Notes under the pieces: model-generated | What the model saw: only the letters and a program-made list of their open reading frames with translations | Told to the model about the DNA's origin: nothing | Database searches by the model: none | In this document: positions 1 to 14,100 of the stretch, one piece after another | Position numbering within the stretch: the first letter of the stretch is position 1 | How the letters are laid out: the number at the start of each line of letters is the position of its first letter | Made by a program: the position numbers and the translations under genes | Assembly (NCBI GenBank): GCA_964016885.1 | Contig: OZ024742.1 | Coordinates: 378,758,001 to 378,822,000, forward strand | Source: Eledone cirrhosa | Taxonomy: Eukaryota | DNA: 64,000 nt | Direction of reading: 5' to 3'

Positions 1-250
1 TCAAAAGTGACACAGAGGAGACTGAGGTTGGCTGGACATGCTCACCGACATCCAGAGTTGACATTGCACTCAGTGCTCCTTTGGGAGCCCCTACATGGAC
101 ACACTAGAAGAGGAAGACCAAGGTTAACATATGTTGATGCCCTAAGGACAGACACTGGTCTGTTGGAGATGCAGGATATGGCAGCGATAATGAGGGACAG
201 AGACCGCTGGAGAGAACTCGTCCATGGATCTCGGGAATTTTACCCGCCTT

Positions 251-252
<2 letters not shown>
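1..252 (+). mobile_element. 3' end of an RTE-like non-LTR retrotransposon ORF (fragment cut by window edge)
   Basis: Translation QRRLRLAGHAHRH...LLWEP..G.TRRGRPRLTYVD...RDRDRWRELV resembles the typical RTE-clade C-terminus (RLRW.GH...RRGRP...DR..WR). The stop runs into (TA)n. Confidence 0.75.
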
Positions 253-306
<54 letters not shown>

Positions 307-587
307 ATAATAATAAATTTGAAGACTAAAATCCAAAGAGGATAAATATATATCAAATATATAAGAACCGTAGAGCAAATATATATTAAAATAACAGATT
401 AAAGTTTAAGCAAAGATCGCTGCTTTCACCCTTAACGGGATCTTCTGAAACTAACAAAGTCAATCTGTGAACGCAGAAGTGAATATTTCAAAAAACGTTG
501 CAACCGGAGGAAGACAGGAAGACGATACTTTGGTTCGCGGAAACGTTCCCTGGCAAAGAACGGGCATATATATATATATATATATAT

Positions 588-736
588 GAATGAAGTATTT
601 CCGTCGGAAAGGTCCAGGAAAAAAGAGTGCTCTATGTAAGTTACAGAGCTTATTAGTCATGTAATAAACAACATAAGATAATTATTTCAAGAAACCATTG
701 GTAAATGAAATAATTATCTTATGTTGTTTATTACAT

Positions 737-741
<5 letters not shown>
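588..741 (-). mobile_element. Tiny fold-back insert in (TA)n (PLE pLTR remnant)
   Basis: 36-bp perfect inverted repeat 654-689/706-741 plus an unpaired 66-nt tail 588-653, with (TA)n on both sides. The arm holds a hammerhead 3' half: GAAA-TAATT-ATC. Confidence 0.6.
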
Positions 742-813
<72 letters not shown>

Positions 814-823
814 TATATATAAA

Positions 824-887
<64 letters not shown>

Positions 888-889
<2 letters not shown>

Positions 890-1268
890 AATTAAAATAC
901 TAGAGTGCGTTGGAGTAAAACACACTCGTCGTATTATAGAAATGACAGTACAGGATATAGCTCAATGTAATACAACAGAGCCGAAAAATTATAAAAATAG
1001 ACAAAGAAGCCTTCAATACATCAAAAGTCTTTATTAGCCTACAATGTTTCGTCCCATTAATAAGGACTCTTCAGGACAATTAAACAGATAAGAAGCATTA
1101 ACGGCCAGAACAACCAAAACTCAGAAGAATAGGGAGTTCATATCCATGAAAGCTTATGAGAGATATGAAGGAAAAGCATGCTAAAGCTTTTAGCTTAATG
1201 GGACGAAACATTGTAGGCTAATAAAGACTTTTGATGTATTGAAGGCTTCTTTGTCTATTTTTATAATT

Positions 1269-1270
<2 letters not shown>
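888..1270 (-). mobile_element. Fold-back PLE remnant in (TA)n with hammerhead
   Basis: 76-bp inverted repeat 985-1060/1195-1270, tail 888-984, (TA)n on both sides; contains a complete minimal hammerhead motif. Confidence 0.7.
1037..1077 (-). ncRNA. Minimal type-I hammerhead ribozyme (canonical core)
   Basis: Minus strand: gtc CTGAAGA gtcc ttattaatg ggac GAAA cattg TA ggc. Core boxes, 4-bp stem II, GUA cleavage triplet and 3-bp stem I are all present. Confidence 0.8.
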
Positions 1271-1346
<76 letters not shown>

Positions 1347-1397
1347 TGTGAGTCAATATATATATATATATATATTGACCCACATTTCCGCCATTGA

Positions 1398-2070
1398 GCT
1401 AATCTATAAACCTCCTATTCTATAAATCAGCTATTCTATAAACCGGCTAATCTATAAACTGGCTATTCTATAAACCTGCTATTCTGTAAACTTGCTATTC
1501 TATAAACCTGCTATTCTGTAAACCGGCTATTCTATAAACCTCCTATTCTATAAACCGGCTATTCTATAAACCTGCTATTCTGTAGACCGGCTATTCTGTA
1601 AACTGGCTATTCTAAAAACCTGCTATTCTGTAAACCTGCTATTCTATAAACCTCCTATTCTGTAAACCTGCTATTCTATAAACCGGCTATTCTATAAACC
1701 TCCTACTCTGTAAACCTGCTATTCTATAAACCAACTAATCTATAAACCGGCTATTCTATAAAACGGTTATTCTGTAAACCGGCTATTCTATAAACCGACT
1801 ATTCTATAAACCGGCTATTCTATAAACCAACTATTCTATAAACCGGCTATTCTGTAAACCGGCTATTCTATAAACCGGCTATTCTATATACCGACTATTC
1901 TATAAACCCGCTATTCTGTAAAACCGCTATTCTGCAAACCGGCTATTCTGTAAAAAGGCTATTCTGTAAACCCGCTATTCTTTTAAACCGGCTATTCTTT
2001 AAACCGGCTATTCTGTAAACCGGCTATTCTGTAAACCGGCTATTCTATAAACCGGCTATTCTGTAAACCG
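1398..2070. repeat. 16-bp tandem minisatellite (TAAACCGGCTATTCTR), about 42 copies
   Basis: Direct period of 16 (e.g. tctataaacc at 1531 and 1547). Confidence 0.95.
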
Positions 2071-2180
2071 TCAAGGCAGTTGGCTACATAACTCACGACA
2101 TATCCATTCTCCTTAAATACCTTCTTTATGAAATTGTATTAATTGTTTATGGATTTAATCAACTCTGAAGATCCTGCCAA

Positions 2181-5100
2181 CTTATGGTTTATACGACAAC
2201 TGATGGTTTGTACGAGAGCTGATGGTTTGTACGACAACTGATGGTTTGTACGACAACTGATGGTTTATACGACAGCTGATGGTTTGTATGACAGCTGATG
2301 GTTTGTACTGACAGCTGATGGTTTATACGAGAGCTGATGGTTTCTACTGACAGCTGATGGTTTGTACTGGCAACTGGTGGTTTGCACTGACAACTGATGG
2401 TTTCTACGCAGCTGATGGTTTGTACTGACAGCTGATGGTTTGTACTGACAACTGATGGTTTGTACTGACAGCTGATGGTTTGTACTGACAGCTGATGGTT
2501 TGTACTGACAACTGATGGTTTACACTGACAACTGATTGTTTGTACGACAGCTGATGGTTTGTACTGACAGCTGATGGTTTGTACTAACAGCTGACGGTTT
2601 GTACTGACATCTGATGGTTTGTACGACAGCTCATGGTTTGTACGACAGCTGATGGTTTGTACCGACAGCTGATGGTTTGTACTGACAACTGATGGTTTGT
2701 ACTGACAGCTGATGGTTTGTACTGACAGCTGATGGTTTGTACTGACAACTGATGGTTTGTACTGACAACTGATGGTTCGTACGACAGCTGGTGATTTGTA
2801 CTGAAAACTGATAGTTTGTACTGAGATCTGATGGTTTGTACTGACAGCTGATGGTTTGTACTGACAGCTGATGGTTTGCACGACAACTGATGGTTTGTAC
2901 GACAGCTGATGGTTTGTACTGACAACTGATGGTATGTACTGACAACTGATGGTTTGTACCGACAGCTGACGGTTTGTACTGACAGCTGATGGTTTGTACT
3001 GACAGCTGATGGTTTGTACGACAACTCATGGTTTGTAGGACAGCTGCTGGTTTGTACTGATAACTGATGGTTTGTACTGACAACTGATGGTTTGCACTGA
3101 CAACTGATGGTTTATACGACAGCTGATAGTTTTTACTGACAACTGATGGTTTGTACGACAACAGATGGTTTGTACGACAGCTGATGGTTTGTACAACAGC
3201 TGATGGTTTGTACTGACAACTGATGGTTTGTACTGACAACTGATGGTTTGTACGACAGCTGATGGTTTGTACTGACAATTGATGGTTTGTACTGACAGCT
3301 GATGGTTTGTACTGACAGCTGATGGTTTGTACTGACAACTGATGGTTTGTACGACAGCTGATGGTTTGTACTGAGAGCTGATGATTTGTAATGACAACTG
3401 ATGGTTTGTACTGACAGCTGATGGTTTATACGAGAGCTGATGGTTTCTACTGACAGCAGATGGTTTATACGACAGCTGATGGTTTGTACTGACAACTGAT
3501 GGTATGTACTGACAACTGATGGTTTGTACTGACAGCTGACGGTTTGTACGACAGCTGATGGTTTGTATTGACAACTGATGGTTTGTACGACAGCTGATGG
3601 TTTGTAGGACAGCTGCTGGTTTGTACTGACAACTGATGGTTTGTACTGACAACTGATGGTTTGCACTGACAACTGATGGTTTATACGACAGCTGATGGTT
3701 TGTACTGACAACTGATGGTTTGTACGACAACAGATGGTTTGTACGACAGCTGATGGTTTGTACAACAGCTGATGGTTTGTACTGACAACTTATGGTTTGT
3801 ACGACAGCTGATGGTTTGTACTGACAACTGATGGTTTGTACTGACAACTGATGGTTTGTACGACAGCTGATGGTTTGTACTGACAATTGATGGTTTGTAC
3901 TGACAGCTGATGGTTTGTACTGACAGCTGATGGTTTGTACGACAGCTGATGGTTTGTACTGAGAGCTGATGATTTGTAATGACAACTGATGGTTTGTACT
4001 GACAGCTGATGGTTTGTACTGACAGCTGATGGTTTGTACTGACAACTGATTGTTTGTACTGACAGACGATGGTTTGTACTGACAACTGATGGTTTGTACT
4101 GACAACTGATGGTTTGTACTGATAGCTGATGGTTTGTACTGACAGCTGATTGTTTGTACTGACAACTGATGGTTAGTACTGACAGCTGATGGTTTGTACT
4201 GACAACAGATGGTTTGTACGACAGCTGATGGTTTATACTGACAACTGATGGTTTGTACTGACAGCTGATGGTTTGTACGACAGCTGATGCTTTGTACTGA
4301 GAGCTGATGGTTTGTGCTGACAACTGAAGGTTTGTACTGACAGCTGATGGTTTTTACTGACAGCTGATGGTTTTTACTGACAGCTGATGGTTTGTAGTGA
4401 CAGCTGATGGTTTGTACTGACAGCTGATGGTTTGTACTGACAGCTGATGGTTTGTACTGACAACTGATGGTTTGTACTGACAGCTGATGGTTTGTACTGA
4501 CAGCTGATGGTTTGTACTGACAACTGATGGTTTACACTGACAACTGATTGTTTGTACGACAGCTGATGGTTTGTACTGACAGCTGATGGTTTGTACTAAC
4601 AGCTGACGGTTTGTACTGACATCTGATGGTTTGTACGACAGCTCATGGTTTGTACGACAGCTGATGGTTTGTACCGACAGCTGATGGTTTGTACTGACAA
4701 CTGATGGTTTGTACTGACAGCTGATGGTTTGTACTGACAGCTGATGGTTTGTACTGACAACTGATGGTTTGTACTGACAACTGATGGTTCGTACGACAGC
4801 TGGTGATTTGTACTGAAAACTGATAGTTTGTACTGAGATCTGATGGTTTGTACTGACAGCTGATGGTTTGTACTGACAGCTGATGGTTTGCACGACAACT
4901 GATGGTTTGTACGACAGCTGATGGTTTGTACTGACAACTGATGGTATGTACTGACAACTGATGGTTTGTACCGACAGCTGACGGTTTGTACTGACAGCTG
5001 ATGGTTTGTACTGACAGCTGATGGTTTGTACGACAACTCATGGTTTGTAGGACAGCTGCTGGTTTGTACTGATAACTGATGGTTTGTACTGACAACTGAT

Positions 5101-8100
5101 GGTTTGCACTGACAACTGATGGTTTATACGACAGCTGATAGTTTTTACTGACAACTGATGGTTTGTACGACAACAGATGGTTTGTACGACAGCTGATGGT
5201 TTGTACAACAGCTGATGGTTTGTACTGACAACTGATGGTTTGTACTGACAACTGATGGTTTGTACGACAGCTGATGGTTTGTACTGACAATTGATGGTTT
5301 GTACTGACAGCTGATGGTTTGTACTGACAGCTGATGGTTTGTACTGACAACTGATGGTTTGTACGACAGCTGATGGTTTGTACTGAGAGCTGATGATTTG
5401 TAATGACAACTGATGGTTTGTACTGACAGCTGATGGTTTATACGAGAGCTGATGGTTTCTACTGACAGCAGATGGTTTATACGACAGCTGATGGTTTGTA
5501 CTGACAACTGATGGTATGTACTGACAACTGATGGTTTGTACTGACAGCTGACGGTTTGTACGACAGCTGATGGTTTGTATTGACAACTGATGGTTTGTAC
5601 GACAGCTGATGGTTTGTAGGACAGCTGCTGGTTTGTACTGACAACTGATGGTTTGTACTGACAACTGATGGTTTGCACTGACAACTGATGGTTTATACGA
5701 CAGCTGATGGTTTGTACTGACAACTGATGGTTTGTACGACAACAGATGGTTTGTACGACAGCTGATGGTTTGTACAACAGCTGATGGTTTGTACTGACAA
5801 CTTATGGTTTGTACGACAGCTGATGGTTTGTACTGACAACTGATGGTTTGTACTGACAACTGATGGTTTGTACGACAGCTGATGGTTTGTACTGACAATT
5901 GATGGTTTGTACTGACAGCTGATGGTTTGTACTGACAGCTGATGGTTTGTACGACAGCTGATGGTTTGTACTGAGAGCTGATGATTTGTAATGACAACTG
6001 ATGGTTTGTACTGACAGCTGATGGTTTGTACTGACAGCTGATGGTTTGTACTGACAACTGATTGTTTGTACTGACAGACGATGGTTTGTACTGACAACTG
6101 ATGGTTTGTACTGACAACTGATGGTTTGTACTGATAGCTGATGGTTTGTACTGACAGCTGATTGTTTGTACTGACAACTGATGGTTAGTACTGACAGCTG
6201 ATGGTTTGTACTGACAACAGATGGTTTGTACGACAGCTGATGGTTTATACTGACAACTGATGGTTTGTACTGACAGCTGATGGTTTGTACGACAGCTGAT
6301 GCTTTGTACTGAGAGCTGATGGTTTGTGCTGACAACTGAAGGTTTGTACTGACAGCTGATGGTTTTTACTGACAGCTGATGGTTTTTACTGACAGCTGAT
6401 GGTTTGTAGTGACAGCTGATGGTTTGTACTGACAGCTGATGGTTTGTACTGACAGCTGATGGTTTGTACGACAGCTGATGGTTTATATTGACAGCTGATG
6501 GTTTGTACTGAGAGCTGATGGTTTGTACTGGCAACTGGTGGTTTGTACTGACAACTGATGGTTTCTGCGCAGCTGATGGTTTGTACTGACAGCTGATGGT
6601 TTGTACTAACAACTGATGGTTTGTACTGAGAGCTGATGGTTTGTACTGACAGCTGATGGTTTGTACTGACAACTGATGGTTTACACTGACAACTGATTGT
6701 TTGTACGACAACTGATGGTTTGTACTGACAGCTGATGGTTTGTACTGACAGCTGATGGTTTGTACTGACAGCTGGTGGTTTGTACGACAACTGATGGTTT
6801 GTACGACAGCTGATGGTTTGTACTGACAGCTGATGGTTTGTACTGAAAACTGATGGTTTGTACTGACAGCTGATGGTTTGTACTGACAGCTGATGATTTG
6901 TACTGACAGCTGATGGTTTGTACGACAACTGATGGTTTGTACGACAGCTGGTGGTTTGTGCTGACAACTGATGGTTTGTAGTGACAACTGGTGGTTTGTA
7001 CTGACAACTGATGGTTTGTACTGACAACTGATGGTATGTACTGACAACTGATGGTTTGTACTGACAGCTGACGGTTTGTACGACAGCTTATGGTTTGTAT
7101 TGACAACTGATGGTTTGTACGACAGCTGATGGTTTGTAGGACAGCTGATGGTTTGTACTGACAACTGATGATTTGTACTGACAACTGATGGTTTGCACTG
7201 ACAACTGATGGTTTCTACGACAGCTGATGGTTTGTACTGACAACTGATGGTTTGTACGACAGCTGATGGTTTGTACTGACAGCTGATGGTTTGTACTGAC
7301 AAGTGATGGATTGTACGACAGCTAGTGGTTTGTACGACAGCTGATGGTTTGTACGACAGCTGATGGTTTGTACGACAGCTGATGATTTGTACTGACAACT
7401 TATGGTTTATACGACAACTGATCGTTTGTACGACAGCTGATGGTTTGTAAGACAGCTGATGGTTTGTACTGATAACAGATAGTTTGTACGACAGCTGATG
7501 GTTTGTACTGACAACTGAAGGTTTGTACTGACAGCTGATGGTTTGTACGACAGCTGATGGTTTGTACTGACAGCTGATGGTTTGTACTGACAGCTGATGG
7601 TTTGTACTGACAACTGGTGGTTTGTACTGGCAACTGATGGTTTGTACTGACAGCTGACGGTTTGTACTGACAACTGATGGTTTGTACTGACAGCTGATGG
7701 TTTATACGACAGCTGCTGGTTTGTACTGACAACTGATGGTTTGTACTGACAGCTGATGGTTTGTAGTGACAGCTGATGGTTTGTACTGACAACTGATGGT
7801 TTGTCCTGACAACTGATGGTTTGTACTGACAACTGATGGTTTGTACTGACAGCTGACGGTTTGTACTGACAGCTGATGGTTTGTACGACAGCTGATGGTT
7901 TGTACTGACAGCTGATAGTTTGTACTGAGAGCTGATGGTTTGTACTGGCAACTGTTGGTTTGTACTGACAACTGATGGTATCTACGCAGCTGATGGTTTG
8001 TACTGACAGCTGATGGTTTGTACTGACAACTGATGGTTTGTACTGACAGCTGATGGTTTGTACTGACAGCTGATGGTTTACACTGACAACTAATTGTTTG

Positions 8101-11100
8101 TACGACAGCTGACGGTTTGTACTGACAGCTGATGGTTTGTACTGACAACTGATGGTTTGTACTGACAGCTGATGGTTTGTACGACAACTCATGGTTTGTA
8201 CGACAGCTGATGGTTTGTACTGACAGCTGATAGTTTGTACTGACAGCTGATGGTTTGTACTGACAACTGATGGTTTGTACTGACAACTGATGGTTTGTAC
8301 GACAGCTGATGGTTTGTACTGACAGCGATGGTTTGTACTGCAACTGATGGTTTGTACTGACAGCTGATGGTCTGTACTGAAAGCTGATGGTTTGTACTGA
8401 CAACTGATGGTTTGTACTTACAACTGATGGTTCGTACGACAGCTGATGGTTTGTACTGAAAACAGATGGTTTGTACTGTCAGCTGATGGTTTGTACTGAC
8501 AGCTGATGGTTTGTACGACAACTTATGGTTTGTACGACAGCTGATGGTTTGTACTGACAGCTGATGGTTTGTAATGAGAATTGATGGTTTGTACTGACAG
8601 CTGATGGTTTGTACTGACAATTGATGGTTTGTACTGACAGCTGATGTTTTGTACTGACAGCTAATTGTTTGTACTGACAACTGATAGTTTGTACTGACAA
8701 CTGATGGTTTGTACTGACAGCTGATGGTTTGTACTGACAACTGATGGTTTGTACTGACAGCTGATGGTTTGTACGACAGCTGATGGTTTGTACTAACAAC
8801 TGATGGTTTGTACTGACAGCTGATGGTTTGTAGTGGCAGCTGATGGTTTGTACTGACAACTGATGGTTTGTACTGACAACTGATGGTTTGTACTGACAAC
8901 TGATGGTTTGTACTGACAGCTGACGGTTTGTACTGACAGCTGATGGTTTGTACGCCAGCTGATGGTTTGTACTGACAGCTGATTGATCGTACGTCAGCTG
9001 ATGGTTTCTACTGACAGTTGATGGTTTGTACTGAAAACTGATGGTTTGTACTGACAGCTGAAGGTTTGTACTGACAGCTGTTGGTTTGTACTGACAACTG
9101 ATGGTTTGTACTGAGAGCTGATGGTTTGTACTGACAGCTGATGGTTTGTACTGACAGCTGATGGTTTGTACTGACTGCTGATAGTTTGTACTGATAATTG
9201 ATGGTTTGTATGACAGCTGATGGTTAGTAGTGAAAACTGATGGTTTGTACTGACAGCTGATGGTTTGTAGGACAGCTGATAGTTTGTACTGACAGCTGAT
9301 GGTTTGTACTGACAACTAATGGTTTTTACTGACAACTGATGTTTTGTACTGACAACTGATGGTTTGTACTGACAGCTGATTGTTTGTACTGACAGCTGAT
9401 GGTTTGTAATGACAACTGATGGTTTGTACTGACAGCTGATGGTTTGTACTGACAGCTGATGGTTTGTACTGATAGCTGATGGTTTGTATTCACCACTGAT
9501 GGTTTGTACTGACAACTGATGGTTTCTACGCAGCTGATAGTTTGTAGGACAGCTGCTGGTTTGTACTGACAACTGATGGTTTGTACTGATAACTGATGGT
9601 TTGCACTGACAACTGATGGTTTATACGACAGCTGATGGTTTGTACAGACAACTGATGGTTTGTACGACAACTGATGGTTTGTACGACAGCTGATGGTTTG
9701 TACGACAGCTGATGGTTTGTACTGACAACTTATGGTTTGTACGACAGCTGATGGTTTGTACTGACAACTGATGGTTTGTACTGACAACTGATGGTTTGTA
9801 CGACAGCTGATGGTTTGTACTGACAATTGATGGTTTGTACTGACAGCTGATGGTTTGTACTGACAGCTGATGGTTTGTACTGACAACTGATGGTTTGTAC
9901 GACAGCTGATGGTTTGTACTGAGAGCTGATGATTTGTAATGACAACTGATGGTTTGTACTGACAGCTGATGGTTTGTACTGACAGCTGATGGTTTGTACT
10001 GACAACTGATTGTTTGTACTGACAGACGATGTTTTGTACTGACAACTGATGGTTTGTACTGACAACTGATGGTTTGTACTGATAGCTGATGGTTTGTACT
10101 GACAGCTGATTGTTTGTACTGACAACTGATGGTTAGTACTGACAGCTGATGGTTTGTATTGACAACAGATGGTTTGTAAGACAGCTGATAGTTTATACTG
10201 ACAAATGATGGTTTGTACTGACAGCTGATGGTTTGTACGACAGCTGATGCTTTGTACTGAGAGCTGATGGTTTGTGCTGACAACTGAAGGTTTGTACTGA
10301 CAGCTGATGGTTTTTACTGACAGCTGATGGTTTTTACTGACAGCTGATGGTTTGTAGTGACAGCTGATGGTTTGTACTGTCAGCTGATGGTTTGTACTGA
10401 CAGCTGATGGTTTGTACGACAACTCATGGTTTGTACGACAGCTGATGGTTTGTACTGACAGCTGATGGTTTGTACTGAGAACTGATGGTTTGTACTGACA
10501 ACTGATGGTTTGTATTGAGAACTGATGGTTTGTACTGACAGATGACGGTTTGTACTGACAGCTGATGGTTTGTACGACAGCTGATGGTTTATATTGACAG
10601 CTGATGGTTTGTACTGAGAGCTGATTGTTTGTACTGGCAACTGGTGGTTTGTACTGACAACTGATGGTTTCTACGCAGCTGATGGCTTGTACTGACAGCT
10701 GATGGTTTGTACTAACAACTGATGATTTGTACTGAGAGCTGATGGTTTGTACTGACAGCTGATGGTTTGTACTGACAACTGATGGTTTACACTGACAACT
10801 GATTGTTTGTACGACAACTGATGGTTTGTACTGACAACTGATGGTTTGTACTGACAGCTGACGGTTTGTACTGACAGCTGATGGTTTGTACGCCAGCTGA
10901 TGGTTTGTACTGACAGCTGATTGATCGTACGTCAGCTGATGGTTTCTACTGACAGTTGATGGTTTGTACTGAAAACTGATGGTTTGTACTGACAGCTGAA
11001 GGTTTGTACTGACAGCTGTTGGTTTGTACTGACAACTGATGGTTTGTACTGAGAGCTGATGGTTTGTACTGACAGCTGATGGTTTGTACTGACAGCTGAT

Positions 11101-14100
11101 GGTTTGTACTGACTGCTGATAGTTTGTACTGATAATTGATGGTTTGTATGACAGCTGATGGTTAGTAGTGACAACTGATGGTTTGTACTGACAGCTGATG
11201 GTTTGTAGGACAGCTGATAGTTTGTACTGACAGCTGATGGTTTGTACTGACAACTAATGGTTTTTACTGACAACTGATGTTTTGTACTGACAAATGATGG
11301 TTTGTACTGACAGCTGATTGTTTGTACTGACAGCTGATGGTTTGTAATGACAACTGATGGTTTGTACTGACAGCTGATGGTTTGTACTGACAGCTGATGG
11401 TTTGTACTGATAGCTGATGGTTTGTATTCACCACTGATGGTTTGTACTGACAACTGATGGTTTCTACGCAGCTGATGGTTTGTAGGACAGCTGCTGGTTT
11501 GTACTGACAACTGATGGTTTGTACTGACAACTGATGGTTTGCACTGACAACTGATGGTTTATACGACAGCTGATGGTTTGTACAGACAACTGATGGTTTG
11601 TACGACAACTGATGGTTTGTACGACAGCTGATGGTTTGTACGACAGCTGATGGTTTGTACTGACAACTTATGGTTTGTACGACAGCTGATGGTTTGTACT
11701 GACAACTGATGGTTTGTACTGACAACTGATGGTTTGTACGACAGCTGATGGTTTGTACTGACAATTGATGGTTTGTACTGACAGCTGATGGTTTGTGCTG
11801 ACAGCTGATGGTTTGTACTGACAACTGATGGTTTGTACGACAGCTGATGGTTTGTACTGAGAGCTGATGATTTGTAATGACAACTGATGGTTTGTACTGA
11901 CAGCTGATGGTTTGTACTGACAGCTGATGGTTTGTACTGACAACTGATTGTTTGTACTGACAGACGATGGTTTGTACTGACAACTGATGCTTTGTACTGA
12001 CGACTGATGGTTTGTACTGATAGCTAATGGTTTGTACTGACAGCTGATTGTTTGTACTGACAACTGATGGTTAGTACTGACAGCTGATGGTTTGTACTGA
12101 CAACAGATGGTTTGTACGACAGCTGATAGTTTATACTGACAAATGATGGTTTGTACTGACAGCTGATGGTTTGTACGACAGCTGATGCTTTGTACTGAGA
12201 GCTGATGGTTTGTGCTGACAACTGAAGGTTTGTACTGACAGCTGATGGTTTTTACTGACAGCTGATGGTTTTTACTGACAGCTGATGGTTTGTAGTGACA
12301 GCTGATGGTTTGTACTGACAGCTGATGGTTTGTACTGACAGCTGATGGTTTGTACGACAACTCATGGTTTGTACGACAGCTGATGGTTTGTACTGACAGC
12401 TGATGGTTTGTACTGAGAACTGATGGTTTGTACTGACAACTGATGGTTTGTATTGACAACTGATGGTTTGTACTGACAGATGACGGTTTGTACTGACAGC
12501 TGATGGTTTGTACGACAGCTGATGGTTTATATTGACAGCTGATGGTTTGTACTGAGAGCTGATGGTTTGTACTGGCAACTGGTGGTTTGTACTGACAACT
12601 GATGGTTTCTACGCAGCTGATGGCTTGTACTGACAGCTGATGGTTTGTACTAACAACTGATGGTTTGTACTGAGAGCTGATGGTTTGTACTGACAGCTGA
12701 TGGTTTGTACTGACAACTGATGGTTTACACTGACAACTGATTGTTTGTACGACAACTGATGGTTTGTACTGACAGCTGATGGTTTGTACTGACAGCTGAT
12801 GGTTTGTACTGACAGCTGGTGGTTTGTACGACAACTGATGGTTTGTACGACAGCTGATGGTTTGTACTGACAGCTGATGGTTTGTACTGAAAACTGATGG
12901 TTTATACTGACAGCTGATGATTTGTACTGACAGCTGATGGTTTGTACGACAACTGATGGTTTGTACGACAGCTGGTGGTTTGTGCTGACAACTGATGGTT
13001 TGTAGTGACAACTGGTGGTTTGTACTGACAACTGATGGTTTGTACTGACAACTGATGGTATGTACTGACATCTGATGGTTTGTACTGACAGCTGACGGTT
13101 TGTACGACAGCTTATGGTTTGTATTGACAACTGATGGTTTGTACGACAGCTGATGTTTTGTAGGACAGCTGATGGTTTGTACTGACAACTGATGGTTTGT
13201 ACTGACAACTGATGGTTTGCACTGACAACTGATGGTTTCTACGACAGCTGATGGTTTGTACTGACAACTGATGGTTTGTACGACAGCTGATGGTTTGTAC
13301 TGACAGCTGATGGTTTGTACTGACAAGTGATGGTTCGTACGACAGCTAGTGGTTTGTACGACAGCTGGTGGTTTGTACGACAGCTGATGGTTTGTACGAC
13401 AGCTGATGATTTGTACTGACAACTTATGGTTTATACGACAACTGATCGTTTGTACGACAGCTGATGGTTTGTACGACAGCTGATGGTTTGTACTGATAAC
13501 AGATAGTTTGTACGACAGCTGATGGTTTGTACTGACAACTGATGGTTTGTACTGACAGCTGATGGTTTGTACGACAGCTGATGGTTTGTACTGACAGCTG
13601 ATGGTTTGTACTGACAGCTGATGGTTTGTACTGACAACTGATGGTTTGTACTGGCAACTGATGGTTTGTACTGACAGCTGACGGTTTGTACTGACAACTG
13701 ATGGTTTGTACTGACAGCTGATGGTTTATACGACAGCTGCTGGTTTGTACTGACAACTGATGGTTTGTACTGACAGCTGATGGTTTGTACTGAGAGCTGA
13801 TGGTTTGTACTGACAGCTGATGGTTTGTACTGACAGATGATGGTTTGTACTGACTGCTGATAGTTTGTACTGACAATTGATGGTTTGTATGACAGCTGAT
13901 GGTTAGTAGTGACAACTGATAGTTTATACTGACAGCTGATGGTTTGTAGGACAGCTGATAGTTTGTACTGGCAGCTGTTGGTTTGTACTGACAACTGATG
14001 GTATCTACGCAGCTGATGGTTTGTACTGACAGCTGATGGTTTGTACTGACAACTGATGGTTTGTACTGACAGCTGATGGTTTGTACTGACAGCTGATGGT

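Noticed and set aside
411-450. Hammerhead-like motif on the minus strand (CAGAAGA tccc gttaa gggt GAAA)
   Set aside because: Core U4 is mutated and stems I and III do not pair; at best a dead relic.
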